NCBI GenBank assembly: GCA_033763315.1
Contig: JANRKS010000016.1
Span: forward strand, 223,408 to 287,407
Length of the DNA stretch: 64,000 bases
Source of the DNA: Deltaproteobacteria bacterium
Lineage (GTDB): Bacteria > Myxococcota_A > Polyangia > Fen-1088
Reading direction: 5' to 3'
The notes beneath the pieces are model-generated. The model ran no database searches and had not been told where the DNA came from. It saw only the letters and a program-made list of their open reading frames with translations. Each line of letters begins with the position of its first letter. Within the stretch, counting starts at the first letter, position 1. The position numbers and the translations under genes were made by a program. Shown here piece after piece: positions 26,901-35,447 of this stretch.

Positions 26901-29900
26901 TTCATGCGCGCCTTGCGCAAGCTCACCGAAGAGTTGGGCATTCCGCTGTTGATGGACGAGATGGTCACAGGCTTCCGCACACACCCCGGTGGCGTGCAGG
27001 CTTTGTGGGGCATCAAAGCGGATCTGGCCACCTACGGCAAAGTTGTGGGCGGCGGTTTCCCGATCGGCATCGTGGCCGGCAGCCGCAAATACATGGACGC
27101 GCTTGACGGCGGCCAATGGGAGTATGGCGACGATTCGCAGCCCGAAGCTGATATGACCTGGTTTGCAGGCACGTTCGTGCGCCATCCGCCGGCGTTGGCC
27201 GCCGCCAAAGCCGTGTTGCAACGGCTCAAGGATGAAGGTCCGGCGTTGCAGGAAGCGATGGCCGCGCGTGTGAAAACCTTCGCTGACGGCTTGAACGCGC
27301 ACTTCCGCGCCACCTCCACGCCGATGATCATCGAGTACTTCAGCTCGTTCTTCGTGGTGAAGTTCGAGACTTACATCGAGCACTCGAATCTGCTCTTTTA
27401 TCATCTGCACAACCGCGGCGTTTACACCTACGAAGGCCGCCCCGCGTTCATCACCACCGAACACACCGACGCCGACCTGCAATTGGTGGCCGATGCTTTC
27501 AAAGAATCCATCGCCGAATTGCAACGGGCGGGCTTTATGCCCGGACGGCCTCTGCAAGGCCCCGACGAGATCATCACCATCCCGCTGTCTGAAGGGCAGC
27601 AAGAGATCTGGCTGGCCACGCGCTTTGGTGACGAAGCCTCAATGGCGTTCAACCTGGCCAGCACCCTTCACTTCCGCGGCAACTTGAACACGCCAGCGTT
27701 ACGCCAAGCGCTTGATGAGCTAGGCGCGCGCCACGAAGCCCTGCGTGCGGTTCCCAACAACGACGGCCAAACCCAGCGCATTCTCTCGCCCGTCAAAGCG
27801 CGCATACCGCTTGTTGAAGTGGATCTGTCCGCGCTCGACGGCGCCCAGCAAAGCGAGCTCGCGAAGCAGCGCGCCGCCGAAGTGAACACGCCCTTTGATC
27901 TGGATAAGGGCCCGCTTGTGCGTGCGCGTTTGTGCAAACTTGCGGCAAACGAGCACCTGTTCATTCTGACCGCGCACCACGTGGTGGCGGACGGCTGGTC
28001 GTGCGGCGTAATGCTGCGCGATTTGGGCGCGCTTTACGCCGCCGCGTGTGCAGGCGAAGTGGCCAAGCTGCCTTCGCCGCTGCAGCTCCCAGAGTGGGTG
28101 CAGCAACAAGCCGACGCGCGCGACGGGCAAGAGCGGCGTACCGCCATGGATTATTGGCTGGGGCAATACGAGGACACAGTGCCCGTGCTCGAGTTGCCCA
28201 CCGATCACCCTCGCCCCCCATTGAAAACTTATGGCGCGGCCCGCGTGAATTTGGATCTCGACGCCGACTTCACCAAGCAGATACGCGGCTTGGCGACCAA
28301 GCTTGGCGCCACCACGTTTGCCACGTTGCTGGGCGCGTTTCAAACAATGTTGCACCGGCTGTCGGGTCAAACCGACATCGTTGTCGGCTTCTCGCTGGCG
28401 GGGCAATCCAACTTGGGCGGCCGCGATCTGGTGGGCCACTGCGTGAACTTCTTGCCGTTGCGCATGAAGGTTGAGCCGCAAAGCACGTTCGCGGAGCAGG
28501 TGATGCAAGCGCGCGGCAAGGTGTTCGACGCGGTTGAACACCAACAGGTGGCGTTCGGAGAACTCATCAAGCGCCTCAACGTGCGGCGCGATCCAAGCCG
28601 CCTGCCGTTGATGAGCGTGGCGTTTAATTTGGATCCTTCGTCCAAAGGCATTGCGTTTGGCAACTTGGAAGTCACGCCGGGCTCGGTGCCGCGGCGCTAT
28701 GAGAACTTCGACATCTTCTTCAACGTGGTTGAGCTGACGGATCGGTTGCAGATCCAATGCACCTACAACGAAGCGATGTGGGACGCCGACACGATGGCGC
28801 ACCGGCTGCGCGAGTATCAAACGCTGTTGCAAAGCGCACTGGCGGATGCCTCGCGCAGCGTGGGCGCGTTGCCAATGTTGCCCGACGACGAACGGCACAC
28901 GCTGCTCGAAACGTGGAACCCACCCTACACGGCCACGCAACCTCTTGCGGGTGGCCTGCATGCGCGCGTGTCGGCGGCCGCGCAACGCACACCCAACGCC
29001 ATCGCCGTTGTGTGCGAGGGCGAGAGCCTGACCTATACTGAGCTTGAGTCGCGGTCGAACCAACTCGCGCACCAGCTGTGCGCGATGGGCGTACGTCCTG
29101 ACGATCTCGTGGGCATCTGCCTTGAACGCTCCACGGCGCTGATCGTGGGCCTGTTGGGCATCTTGAAGGCCGGCGGCGCCTACGTACCCGTGGATCCCGT
29201 GAACCCCGATGAACGCTTGTCGTTCATCATGCAAGACGCCCGCGTGCGCGTGCTATTGACACAAGAAAGCTTGCGCGGCCGCATCGATGCCAGTGGCGCC
29301 GCGGTGTTGTGCCTAGACAGCGGCTGGGATCGCGTGGCGGCCCAGCCAACCACACCCGTGCAGGTAAGCGTTAAACCCGAAAACCTGGCTTACGTGATCT
29401 ACACGTCAGGCTCGACGGGCACACCCAAGGGCGTGATGGTGGAGCACGCACAGGTGATGCGTTTGTTCGATGCCACACGCGCCTGGTTCAACTTCGGCCC
29501 GCACGATGTGTGGACGATGTTCCATTCGTTCGCCTTTGATTTTTCCGTTTGGGAAATCTGGGGCGCTTTGTGCGAAGGCGGCAAGTTGGTGGTCGTGCCC
29601 TATCTCACCAGCCGCGCGCCTGATCAAATGCTGCGCCTGCTGCAAGACGAAGGCGTGACGGTGTTAAACCAAACGCCATCCGCCTTCCGCCAGTTGATCG
29701 CCGTTGACGTGGCCGAGCCGCAAGTGCGGCCGTTGTCATTGCGCTTCGTGATCTTTGGTGGCGAGGCGCTTGAACTTGGGTCGCTGCGTCCGTGGGTGGC
29801 GCGCCGGGGCGACAAAGCGCCCGAGCTCATCAACATGTACGGCATCACGGAAACCACCGTGCACGTCACTTACCGTCCGATCCGCGCCGCCGACATTGAA

Positions 29901-32033
29901 GCCAACACGGGCAGCATGATTGGTGTGCCCATTCCTGATCTGCCGCTTTACATCGTGGACGCCGCGCTCAACCCGGTGCCGATCGGCGTGCCAGGCGAGA
30001 TCGTCGTGGGCGGCGCGGGTGTGGCGCGCGGCTACTTGAACCGGCCCGAACTGACAAGCGAGCGTTTCGTGCCGAGTCCGTTTAGGCAAGGCGATCGGCT
30101 CTACCGCAGCGGTGACATCGGCCGCTTCGTGGCCAACCGAGACATCGAGTACCTAGGCCGGGCCGATCGCCAAATTAAGATCCGCGGCTTCCGTATCGAG
30201 ACGGGCGAAATCGAAAACGCCTTGTGCCGCCACGCGGGCGTGGCCAACGCGGCGGTCGTGGCCCAAACCGCGCCCGATGGGCAAAAATCGCTGGTGGCGT
30301 ATCTTGTGCCCAAAACCGAAGGCGACGGTGATACGGCCCCGGCGGGCCGCCAAGAGCACAAGCAAGATTGGCAGGGCAAATGGGCGCTGCTTTACCAATC
30401 GGGCAAAGAAGCCTTGAAGTCCGCGGGCAAAGACGAGACGGCGCACTTGAACGACGAAGCCATTCTCGTTGGCTTGGCCGAACAACAAGATTTCCATGAA
30501 GAGTGGATCGAGTTCCAAGGTCAAACGCTTGAGCGCATCAACAAGCTGAACCTTGGCGATGTGATGGAGATTGGCTGCGGCACGGGGCAAGTGCTGCTGC
30601 GTGTGGCCCCCAAAGCCAAGTCTTACTACGGCACCGACTTCGCCGAGCTGGGCATCGCCGAGATTGAAAAGCAGATCGCGCTGGCAGGCGATGAACTATC
30701 GCGGACCCGCGTGGCGGTGCGTGAAGGCGTGGACTTTACCGATGTAAAGCCAAAGTCACTCGACACCGTGATCATCAATTCGGTGATTCAATACTTCCCC
30801 GACGCCGGCTACTTGCTGCGCGTGATGGACAACGCCGTGGAAGCGCTGCGCCCAGGTGGCTGCATGTATGTGGGCGACGTGCAAAGCCTCGCCTACTTAT
30901 ACGCGCACCACGTTCACGATCAGCTGCAACGTTCACCCGATGATATGCCCGTGGACCAAGTCAAACGCTTGGTGGATACGCGCGTATTGAACGAAGACGA
31001 GCTGGTGGTGGATCCTGAGTTGTTCTTGGCGTGGAAGGCCCGCAACCCGCGTGTCTCGCGCGTTGAGTTCCACCAGCGCCGCGGAAAGATCCTTAATGAG
31101 ACCACGCGCTTTCACTATGACGTTTTCGTGTTTGTCGACGCGGAAGCGGCGCCCAAAAATGTCGCGTTTGCGCCCTGGACTACGGGCCTTGATGCCGAGG
31201 CCATCGCGCACCAGCTGGAAAGCCAATCACCCAAAGTGTTTGCCTTGCAAAACGTGCCGAACGCGCGCGTGTTGCCCGAGCTGCGGGTGGCCACGCTGCT
31301 CAAGCGCGAAGGGGCCGACAACGCCCGCGGCCTGAAATCGGCCGGCGCCGTGGGCCCTGTGGGGATCGATCCCGAAGCGCTGTGGGCGCTTGAAAAGCGT
31401 CTGCCCTACCAGGTGGATGTGTTGTGGCCTGTGGGCAGCACGGGCACATTCGATGTGGTGTTCAGAAGGCTGGCGGATGGCGTTGCCGACCCTCTGCCGG
31501 CCAACCATCCGGATTTGCCGGCCAACACGTCGCCCACAGGATTTGCGAACAGCCCGCATCTCAAAGGCCTTTCGCGCTCCTTGATCAGCGACGTCAAAGA
31601 CTTCGTCAAGGACAAGCTGCCCGATTACATGGTGCCCGCGCAGTGGGTGCTGTTAAGCCGGCTGCCTCTGACGGCGAACGGCAAACTTGATACAAAGGCG
31701 TTGCCCGCACCTGAAAGCCAAGCCTCACGCGCCACGAACGATTTTGTGGCTCCGTCGAACGACATCGAGACCACCATAGCCAGTGTGTGGGCTGAAGTGT
31801 TGCGACTTGATCGCATCGGCGTGCACGACAACTTCTTCGAGGCCGGCGGTCACTCGTTGCTGGCGGTGCAGGCCATCATGAAGTTGCGAGACGTGCTTCA
31901 GGTGGACTTAAACCTGGGCTCCTTGTTCGTGGCGCCCACCATCGCACAGCTGGCGCAAACGGTGGCCGCCACGCGGTACTTGCGCGAGAGTGCCCCCGTC
32001 GGCGGCGACGACGTTGAAGAGGTTGTGATCTAA
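20991..32033 (+). CDS. Hybrid NRPS-PKS: A(Val)-PCP-KS-AT-ACP-aminotransferase-C-A(Thr, MT inserted)-PCP
   Basis: A1 code read by eye DALWLGGTFK; PCP LGGTS; KS QTACST/EAHGTGT/NIGHL; AT GHSMGE; ACP LGFDSL; class-III PLP aminotransferase DLDGNEYID, NTGSEA, DEMVTGFR, YGKVVGGG; C domain HHVVADG; A2 code DFWNIGMVHK; MT EIGCGTG/NSVIQYFP; PCP AGGHSLL; acidic tail DDVEEVVI. Confidence 0.95.
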   Translation: MTNNVSGGTTMINEQGPLAPYPKAQSLAALFTQAAISAPNAVALVLPTSAGVTRVTYAELESRSNKLAAELLNRGVKPGACVALCLSRSIETIVGILGAIKARAAYLPLDPAYPAERLRFMLDDAGAKIVLTDPAGLARVPSHGGETLTLEPGWGAGAPVNVVLPQGSGDDVAYVMYTSGTTGTPKGVVVPHHAVSRLVLNNWFTPIDNRSVFLQLAPISFDAATLEIWGPLLNGGTCVLYPGSGVPDFDDLGRILRKHDVTHLWLTASLFNLIIDERPAALGSVRELLTGGEALSVPHIRRALTLLPNTQLVNGYGPTESTTFACCYRIPRTLPDNLSSIPIGTPIANTAVYVLDEQGKPVGVGVPGELCIGGDGLAQGYWKREQLTTERFIMGPVSASKPQRLYRTGDRVQWKPDGTIEFLGRFDDQVKIRGHRIELGEVAAVLLQHPQVENAVAIIREDKPGDRRLTAYITAKDGGAPTAGALRSFMETRVPDHLIPGAFVVLPRLPLTANGKVDRAALPAPSGQRPELGAPFVAPRTPLEQRLASLWSELLGVDAVGVHDRFFELGGTSILAARFIEILSRQLGHSIPLVALFDAPTVAQIVQVLVNDFPQVVAAHFDLDAERAVANDSARAKRRQRTNDGGRVEIAVVGLGGRFPKAPDLQTFWRNLVEGKEGVVAITAEDLIALGKDPALLSNPDYVPATFALEDVENFDASFFGFSPREAEVMDPQLRLFVETAWTTLEHAGYDPAQYKGRIGVFGGVGRNSYLMNHLAPHPHYREMLHEYHMLVGNERDFPTTHASYRLNLTGPSVDVQTACSTSGVAIHLACQSLRAGDSDMALVGGCKVICPNREGYHYVEGGPLAPEGHIRAFSDDANGMVRGSGSAMLLLKRLDDALADGDTIYGLIKGSALNNDGSDKIGFTAPSVRGQAEVIREALEDAGVTAEEISYVEAHGTGTKMGDPIEIAGLTRAYRETTQAKGYCAIGSVKTNIGHLDAGATAAGVVKTLLAMTHEQLPASLNFRAPNPEIDFPNSPFYVNAKLTPWKRGAKPRRAGVSSFGLGGTNAHIILEEAPPLAPTSPGRADELLVLSARSEAALEAATDRLAAFLSESPHTPLADVAHTLQQGRRAFTFRRALAVQTTEDAVVCLRGRDRARLISGPPVTVAPEVAFMFPGGGAQYANMARGLYEAEAVFRAEVDACAAILQPILGLDIRTLMFPQGDVQAASQKLETPSLALPALFTTEYALARLWMSFGVRPTALIGHSMGEYTAACLAGVMTLEDGLALVSCRGRLFEKLPAGGMLSVPLGEAEARKHLGDGIDIAAVNRPNQCVASGSVEAIDAAKKQLDAAGIESTRIHINVAAHSRVVEPILEEFRAFLRTIKLAAPRLPIISNTTGAVLTDAEAIDTEYWARHLRHTVQFSQGLQTLLTRGQFALVEVGPGQTLSTFARQHPARTPTTAVVSSLRHPQESLPDGRFLASALGKLWVAGVQIDWTGYRKGQKRRRVGLPTYPFERKRHWVDAKPFVSNAVPAQVAAPALPAPALAAPAPVAAAPAPAPSGLPRKDRIIAELQRIVSDLSGLPAASIDPNATFLELGFDSLFLTQANGQFRSVFGVPMTVRQLLEKTPSLGALAARLDAELPATAFPEEAPAPAAAPVALAPGGAAPAGLEGIMQALMALQSQVLALAGGAPAAAPAPAAAKPAATTAPAAAAPDKTSPWQPVQKAAAGSSDGLTDRQRAHLKDLMARVQARTPESKRLTALNRPHLSDPRTVQGFRKMWKDMVYPIFSDRAQGSRIWDLDGNEYIDLVSGYGVTFFGHTPDFIIREVEAQLRKTVAIGPQTPLAGEVTKMVCEMVGMDRAALCNTGSEAVLAAIRMARTVTGKRRLATFSGHYHGIFDEVLVKGVNVRGERKALPISPGIRADVVADVLVLDYGDFKCLDQIRAKASELALVMVEPVRSRNPNNQPVEFMRALRKLTEELGIPLLMDEMVTGFRTHPGGVQALWGIKADLATYGKVVGGGFPIGIVAGSRKYMDALDGGQWEYGDDSQPEADMTWFAGTFVRHPPALAAAKAVLQRLKDEGPALQEAMAARVKTFADGLNAHFRATSTPMIIEYFSSFFVVKFETYIEHSNLLFYHLHNRGVYTYEGRPAFITTEHTDADLQLVADAFKESIAELQRAGFMPGRPLQGPDEIITIPLSEGQQEIWLATRFGDEASMAFNLASTLHFRGNLNTPALRQALDELGARHEALRAVPNNDGQTQRILSPVKARIPLVEVDLSALDGAQQSELAKQRAAEVNTPFDLDKGPLVRARLCKLAANEHLFILTAHHVVADGWSCGVMLRDLGALYAAACAGEVAKLPSPLQLPEWVQQQADARDGQERRTAMDYWLGQYEDTVPVLELPTDHPRPPLKTYGAARVNLDLDADFTKQIRGLATKLGATTFATLLGAFQTMLHRLSGQTDIVVGFSLAGQSNLGGRDLVGHCVNFLPLRMKVEPQSTFAEQVMQARGKVFDAVEHQQVAFGELIKRLNVRRDPSRLPLMSVAFNLDPSSKGIAFGNLEVTPGSVPRRYENFDIFFNVVELTDRLQIQCTYNEAMWDADTMAHRLREYQTLLQSALADASRSVGALPMLPDDERHTLLETWNPPYTATQPLAGGLHARVSAAAQRTPNAIAVVCEGESLTYTELESRSNQLAHQLCAMGVRPDDLVGICLERSTALIVGLLGILKAGGAYVPVDPVNPDERLSFIMQDARVRVLLTQESLRGRIDASGAAVLCLDSGWDRVAAQPTTPVQVSVKPENLAYVIYTSGSTGTPKGVMVEHAQVMRLFDATRAWFNFGPHDVWTMFHSFAFDFSVWEIWGALCEGGKLVVVPYLTSRAPDQMLRLLQDEGVTVLNQTPSAFRQLIAVDVAEPQVRPLSLRFVIFGGEALELGSLRPWVARRGDKAPELINMYGITETTVHVTYRPIRAADIEANTGSMIGVPIPDLPLYIVDAALNPVPIGVPGEIVVGGAGVARGYLNRPELTSERFVPSPFRQGDRLYRSGDIGRFVANRDIEYLGRADRQIKIRGFRIETGEIENALCRHAGVANAAVVAQTAPDGQKSLVAYLVPKTEGDGDTAPAGRQEHKQDWQGKWALLYQSGKEALKSAGKDETAHLNDEAILVGLAEQQDFHEEWIEFQGQTLERINKLNLGDVMEIGCGTGQVLLRVAPKAKSYYGTDFAELGIAEIEKQIALAGDELSRTRVAVREGVDFTDVKPKSLDTVIINSVIQYFPDAGYLLRVMDNAVEALRPGGCMYVGDVQSLAYLYAHHVHDQLQRSPDDMPVDQVKRLVDTRVLNEDELVVDPELFLAWKARNPRVSRVEFHQRRGKILNETTRFHYDVFVFVDAEAAPKNVAFAPWTTGLDAEAIAHQLESQSPKVFALQNVPNARVLPELRVATLLKREGADNARGLKSAGAVGPVGIDPEALWALEKRLPYQVDVLWPVGSTGTFDVVFRRLADGVADPLPANHPDLPANTSPTGFANSPHLKGLSRSLISDVKDFVKDKLPDYMVPAQWVLLSRLPLTANGKLDTKALPAPESQASRATNDFVAPSNDIETTIASVWAEVLRLDRIGVHDNFFEAGGHSLLAVQAIMKLRDVLQVDLNLGSLFVAPTIAQLAQTVAATRYLRESAPVGGDDVEEVVI

Positions 32034-32746
32034 AGCGTCCACGGATTGACGGCGATGTGCACCGGCTGGTCCGGTTGCACATGCGCCGCCACCGCCAGTA
32101 CGTGTGCTGGCGAAGGGCACTGCTGGAGAAACTGCCAACGAGCAGGGTCGTCGTCGATCGATTGTGAGAACGAAAGCCCAATGTCTCCGTCCGCCGACGG
32201 CGCAAATGAGAAGCCATCCAGCGGCAGCGCCAGGCCCACGCCGCGCGCCTTGAGATACGCTTCCTTCAACGTCCACAACTGCAAGAAGCTGTGCGGTTGC
32301 TGCGGGGCCGGCTGCGCGCGCAGCCACGCCACCTCGGCGCGCGAGAAAAATTGTTCAGCGATGCCAAGGCCATCGGTGGCCCGCGCTTGCCACTCCACAT
32401 CCACGCCCACCTGCCGATCGTAGGCCACGGCGCACGCCACCAGCCCCTTCGTGTGTGAAAGGCTAAACGTAAGCGGAGGCGCCCCCGCGGGCCCCGCCAC
32501 AACTGGCCGCCCGAACTCTTGTGGCCGAAACATCCATGCAAGAGGCTCCACCGCGGCAAAACGGGACAGCGCCAAACGCAAGAGCGCATGCGCCACGAGG
32601 TATTCGTGCGCGTTCGCCGCTGCAAAGAACCGACGCATGCGCGCGGTTTCATCGGCCGACAAGAGCGCCTGCAGAGCATCCGCATTGCGCACTTGATCTG
32701 TGCACGCAAAGAACACGTGCACCTCGTTTGGCGGCAGCGCAGTCAC
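32030..32746 (-). CDS. Sfp-type 4'-phosphopantetheinyl transferase
   Basis: LSADE..R..RF, FGRP, FSLSHT, VGVDVE, WTLKEAYLKARG.GL. Start placed at GTG 32746, which overlaps the GT4 stop (GTGA). Confidence 0.93.
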   Translation of the reverse strand: MTALPPNEVHVFFACTDQVRNADALQALLSADETARMRRFFAAANAHEYLVAHALLRLALSRFAAVEPLAWMFRPQEFGRPVVAGPAGAPPLTFSLSHTKGLVACAVAYDRQVGVDVEWQARATDGLGIAEQFFSRAEVAWLRAQPAPQQPHSFLQLWTLKEAYLKARGVGLALPLDGFSFAPSADGDIGLSFSQSIDDDPARWQFLQQCPSPAHVLAVAAHVQPDQPVHIAVNPWTL

Positions 32747-34014
32747 GTCAGCAACGGCAACAGCCAACGCAAGGGCCGCTTGCGGCTGTGGTAACGAGCC
32801 CACACGGACTCGAAATAATCCCAGGTCAGCGAGGCCACGCGTGCCGGCCCTAAACGCACAGCCATATCGTTCGCCGCGGCCTCACCGAAGGCAGCCGCGC
32901 GTGCAGGATCGTTGTAAAGCGCAACCACGGCCGCCGCCAAGGCCGCAGGATCTTCGGGCGTGAACAGCAGGCCTGTGTTTTGATCCAGCAGGATCTCCGG
33001 GTTGCCACCCGTGCGTGAGGCCACCGTCGGGCACCCAAACGACAACGCCTCCACCAACGCTAAACCGAAGTTCTCGTAGCGCGAAGCCACCACGGTCACG
33101 CAGGCCGATCGGCGCAAGGGCTCGATCGCATCGCCTGCCAGCGGCCCCCGCACATCCACGCGCGCTTGCACCGCAGGCGGCAACTTTGTGCGCACATACG
33201 TGGGCAGATCGAACTGCGTGCCAGAATCGTCTCGCAACCCACGATCGGGCCCCACAAACACCAACCGCGCTTGCGGACAAGCCGCAGCGATGTGCACAAA
33301 GGCATCCAGCATGATGTCGCCGCCCTTGTGGCGGTCGAAACGGCCCACGAACAAGATGGTTTGTTTGTCGCTCGTGGCGGGCGTCCAACGCCGCGCGGGT
33401 TCAATCGTGGGTCCGGGATTCGGAATCACGGCCGCGTTTGGCAAGGCAAGTCCATGCTTGCGTCTCACGGCCTCGAGCACATCACGCGATGGCGCCGTCA
33501 AACCATCGGCGTCCCGCATGCAGCGCCGCTCGGTGGCGTCACGTAACGCAAACGCCGCGTCCTGCTCAAGGCCCAACGCGTTGCCGTTCAAGAACCACGG
33601 GCCATGCAACCGCACCACCAGCGGCAGATCGATCATCTGCTGCAAATACCAAGCGGCCCCAAATGATTCTTCCACTTCCAACAAGCCGGGTTGCAGCCCT
33701 TTTGCTTGCAGGCCGCGCAAGCCGCTGGCGAGCTGTAACGCCAGCGCTGCGCCCGTTGGTTCCACGAACGGCACCTTGCCAAGCGCCCGCAGCAGCAAAC
33801 GAATCCGCTTACGGTTCGGCAGAGCCGCCATGTCGAACGTGGGTGCATTGTCCGCTGCGTCGGCCACGCTGGCCGACATCACGTGAACCTGTTTGCCTTG
33901 CGCCACAAGCGCGTCTTTGAGGGCGCCCACATAGGTGACGATGCCATTCGCCACACGCCCTGGCGGCCATCCCGGGCTGAAGAACGTCGCTGAGTTGTTA
34001 CTAGTGTCGGACAT
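32743..34014 (-). CDS. GT4 glycosyltransferase
   Basis: NGIVTY, VVRLHGP, VIPNP, LFVGRFDRHKG, SRYENFGLALVEA...G.P.V. Start at ATG 34014, overlapping the wzx end. Confidence 0.9.
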   Translation of the reverse strand: MSDTSNNSATFFSPGWPPGRVANGIVTYVGALKDALVAQGKQVHVMSASVADAADNAPTFDMAALPNRKRIRLLLRALGKVPFVEPTGAALALQLASGLRGLQAKGLQPGLLEVEESFGAAWYLQQMIDLPLVVRLHGPWFLNGNALGLEQDAAFALRDATERRCMRDADGLTAPSRDVLEAVRRKHGLALPNAAVIPNPGPTIEPARRWTPATSDKQTILFVGRFDRHKGGDIMLDAFVHIAAACPQARLVFVGPDRGLRDDSGTQFDLPTYVRTKLPPAVQARVDVRGPLAGDAIEPLRRSACVTVVASRYENFGLALVEALSFGCPTVASRTGGNPEILLDQNTGLLFTPEDPAALAAAVVALYNDPARAAAFGEAAANDMAVRLGPARVASLTWDYFESVWARYHSRKRPLRWLLPLLT

Positions 34015-35347
34015 GAATCCTCGGCAGCCACGGCAAGATTGCCAAACCCACACCCATGGCTGCAAGGAAGATGCCCACAGACAGCAGTTCACGCCGCAAT
34101 CTCAAAATCTTCAACGAACGCAACTTCGGCCACACAATGAAAAACGCGGGAACCTCCGCCAACACCGAGGCCCAAATCACGCCCACCACACCGCCAAAAT
34201 GCCAACCAAGGGGAATGCCCACCAGCGTGCTCACCAAGCGGCTCACGCTGCGCCAAAAGCCATAGCGGGTGTGGCCAAGCGAAAACAAGCACGTCTCACC
34301 GGGCCCCACGATGCAACTGACCGCCACACGCACACACAAGATACGCAATATCCACGCGGCGTCGGTGTAGCGATCGTCCCACAACGTTGTGATCACCCAA
34401 CCGCCCATGCCCACCAACAAGCCGGTGCCTGTCATCGACAAAGCGTCGAGGCGTAAACGCACGCGGTAATACATCGCCGACATGTCACTGCCGGGTTCGC
34501 GCGCCGCTTGGCTTAACACCGGATAAACGATGCCGCCGATCAAGCGGCCAATCACCGCCGATACCGCTTCGCTGAGATTTAGCGCCACTGAGTAGATGCC
34601 CAGCCATCCGGCGCCGAGGAAGCGACCCAACAAGATGCGATCGCTTTGGCCACCGAGAAAACCAACCGCGGTGCTACCAAAGATCCAGCGGCCAAAATGG
34701 CTGATCTCTTGATAAGCGGCTTTGTCCCACGCAAAGCGGTTGCGGTACGGGACGGGGAGAAAATGCGTGGCGATCGCATATGCCAGCGAAGCCGCGACGC
34801 CTCCGCCCACCAATGGCCACACGCCAGGGCGCGCCCAGGCCCACGGGATCATGATCACCAAGCTCAACACGCTTTGCCCCAACTCAAGCGCCGTGATCCA
34901 CCCCAGCGCCAAGCGACGCCGCAAAGTGTAGACCGACGTTGAGTGCAAACCACCAAACACCAGCTGCAGCGATCCAAAGCAAATGAGCGGCGCCAATTGC
35001 GGCTCTTTGTAAAACCACGCCGCCGGGTAAGCGAGCACGACCATAATGAACGCCAGCACGCAACCACGCACCGCCTGAAACGTGAACGCGGTGTTGACGA
35101 ACGTGGGCTCTTCGCCGCGCGGGCTTTGAATCAAGAACTGCTGCACGCCCACATCGGACAGCAGCACCAGGCCCATGATCAAAATGCTGACGAGCGTGGA
35201 CAGGCCAAACGCTTCAGGAAACAGCAAACGCGTGAGAATGAGGTTGCTGCCCAACCGCATGACTTGTTGGGCGCCGTAACCGCCCAACTCAAAGGCCGAC
35301 CCGCGCAGCACGCGCTTGCGCAAACTGCCGGGCGCCGCCGTTGTCAT
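34001..35347 (-). CDS. wzx: Wzx oligosaccharide flippase (MOP/PST family)
   Basis: RLGSNLILTRLLFPEAFG, LSDVG, DRILLGRFLG...LGIYSVA; multi-TM. Start at ATG 35347. Confidence 0.88.
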   Translation of the reverse strand: MTTAAPGSLRKRVLRGSAFELGGYGAQQVMRLGSNLILTRLLFPEAFGLSTLVSILIMGLVLLSDVGVQQFLIQSPRGEEPTFVNTAFTFQAVRGCVLAFIMVVLAYPAAWFYKEPQLAPLICFGSLQLVFGGLHSTSVYTLRRRLALGWITALELGQSVLSLVIMIPWAWARPGVWPLVGGGVAASLAYAIATHFLPVPYRNRFAWDKAAYQEISHFGRWIFGSTAVGFLGGQSDRILLGRFLGAGWLGIYSVALNLSEAVSAVIGRLIGGIVYPVLSQAAREPGSDMSAMYYRVRLRLDALSMTGTGLLVGMGGWVITTLWDDRYTDAAWILRILCVRVAVSCIVGPGETCLFSLGHTRYGFWRSVSRLVSTLVGIPLGWHFGGVVGVIWASVLAEVPAFFIVWPKLRSLKILRLRRELLSVGIFLAAMGVGLAILPWLPRIHVRH

Positions 35348-35447
35348 GCAAGCCCCTTGAAACAAGCGTGTTTCTGGCGAGCGAACAAACGAGCCGCGGC
35401 TTGGATGAGCATTTGCAAAGCGAGGGGCCCGACCATACCATTGCCAC

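Noticed and set aside
26259-29234. 447-aa and 504-aa minus-strand ORFs
   Set aside because: Antisense to the aminotransferase, C and A domains of the hybrid NRPS-PKS; no recognisable motifs.
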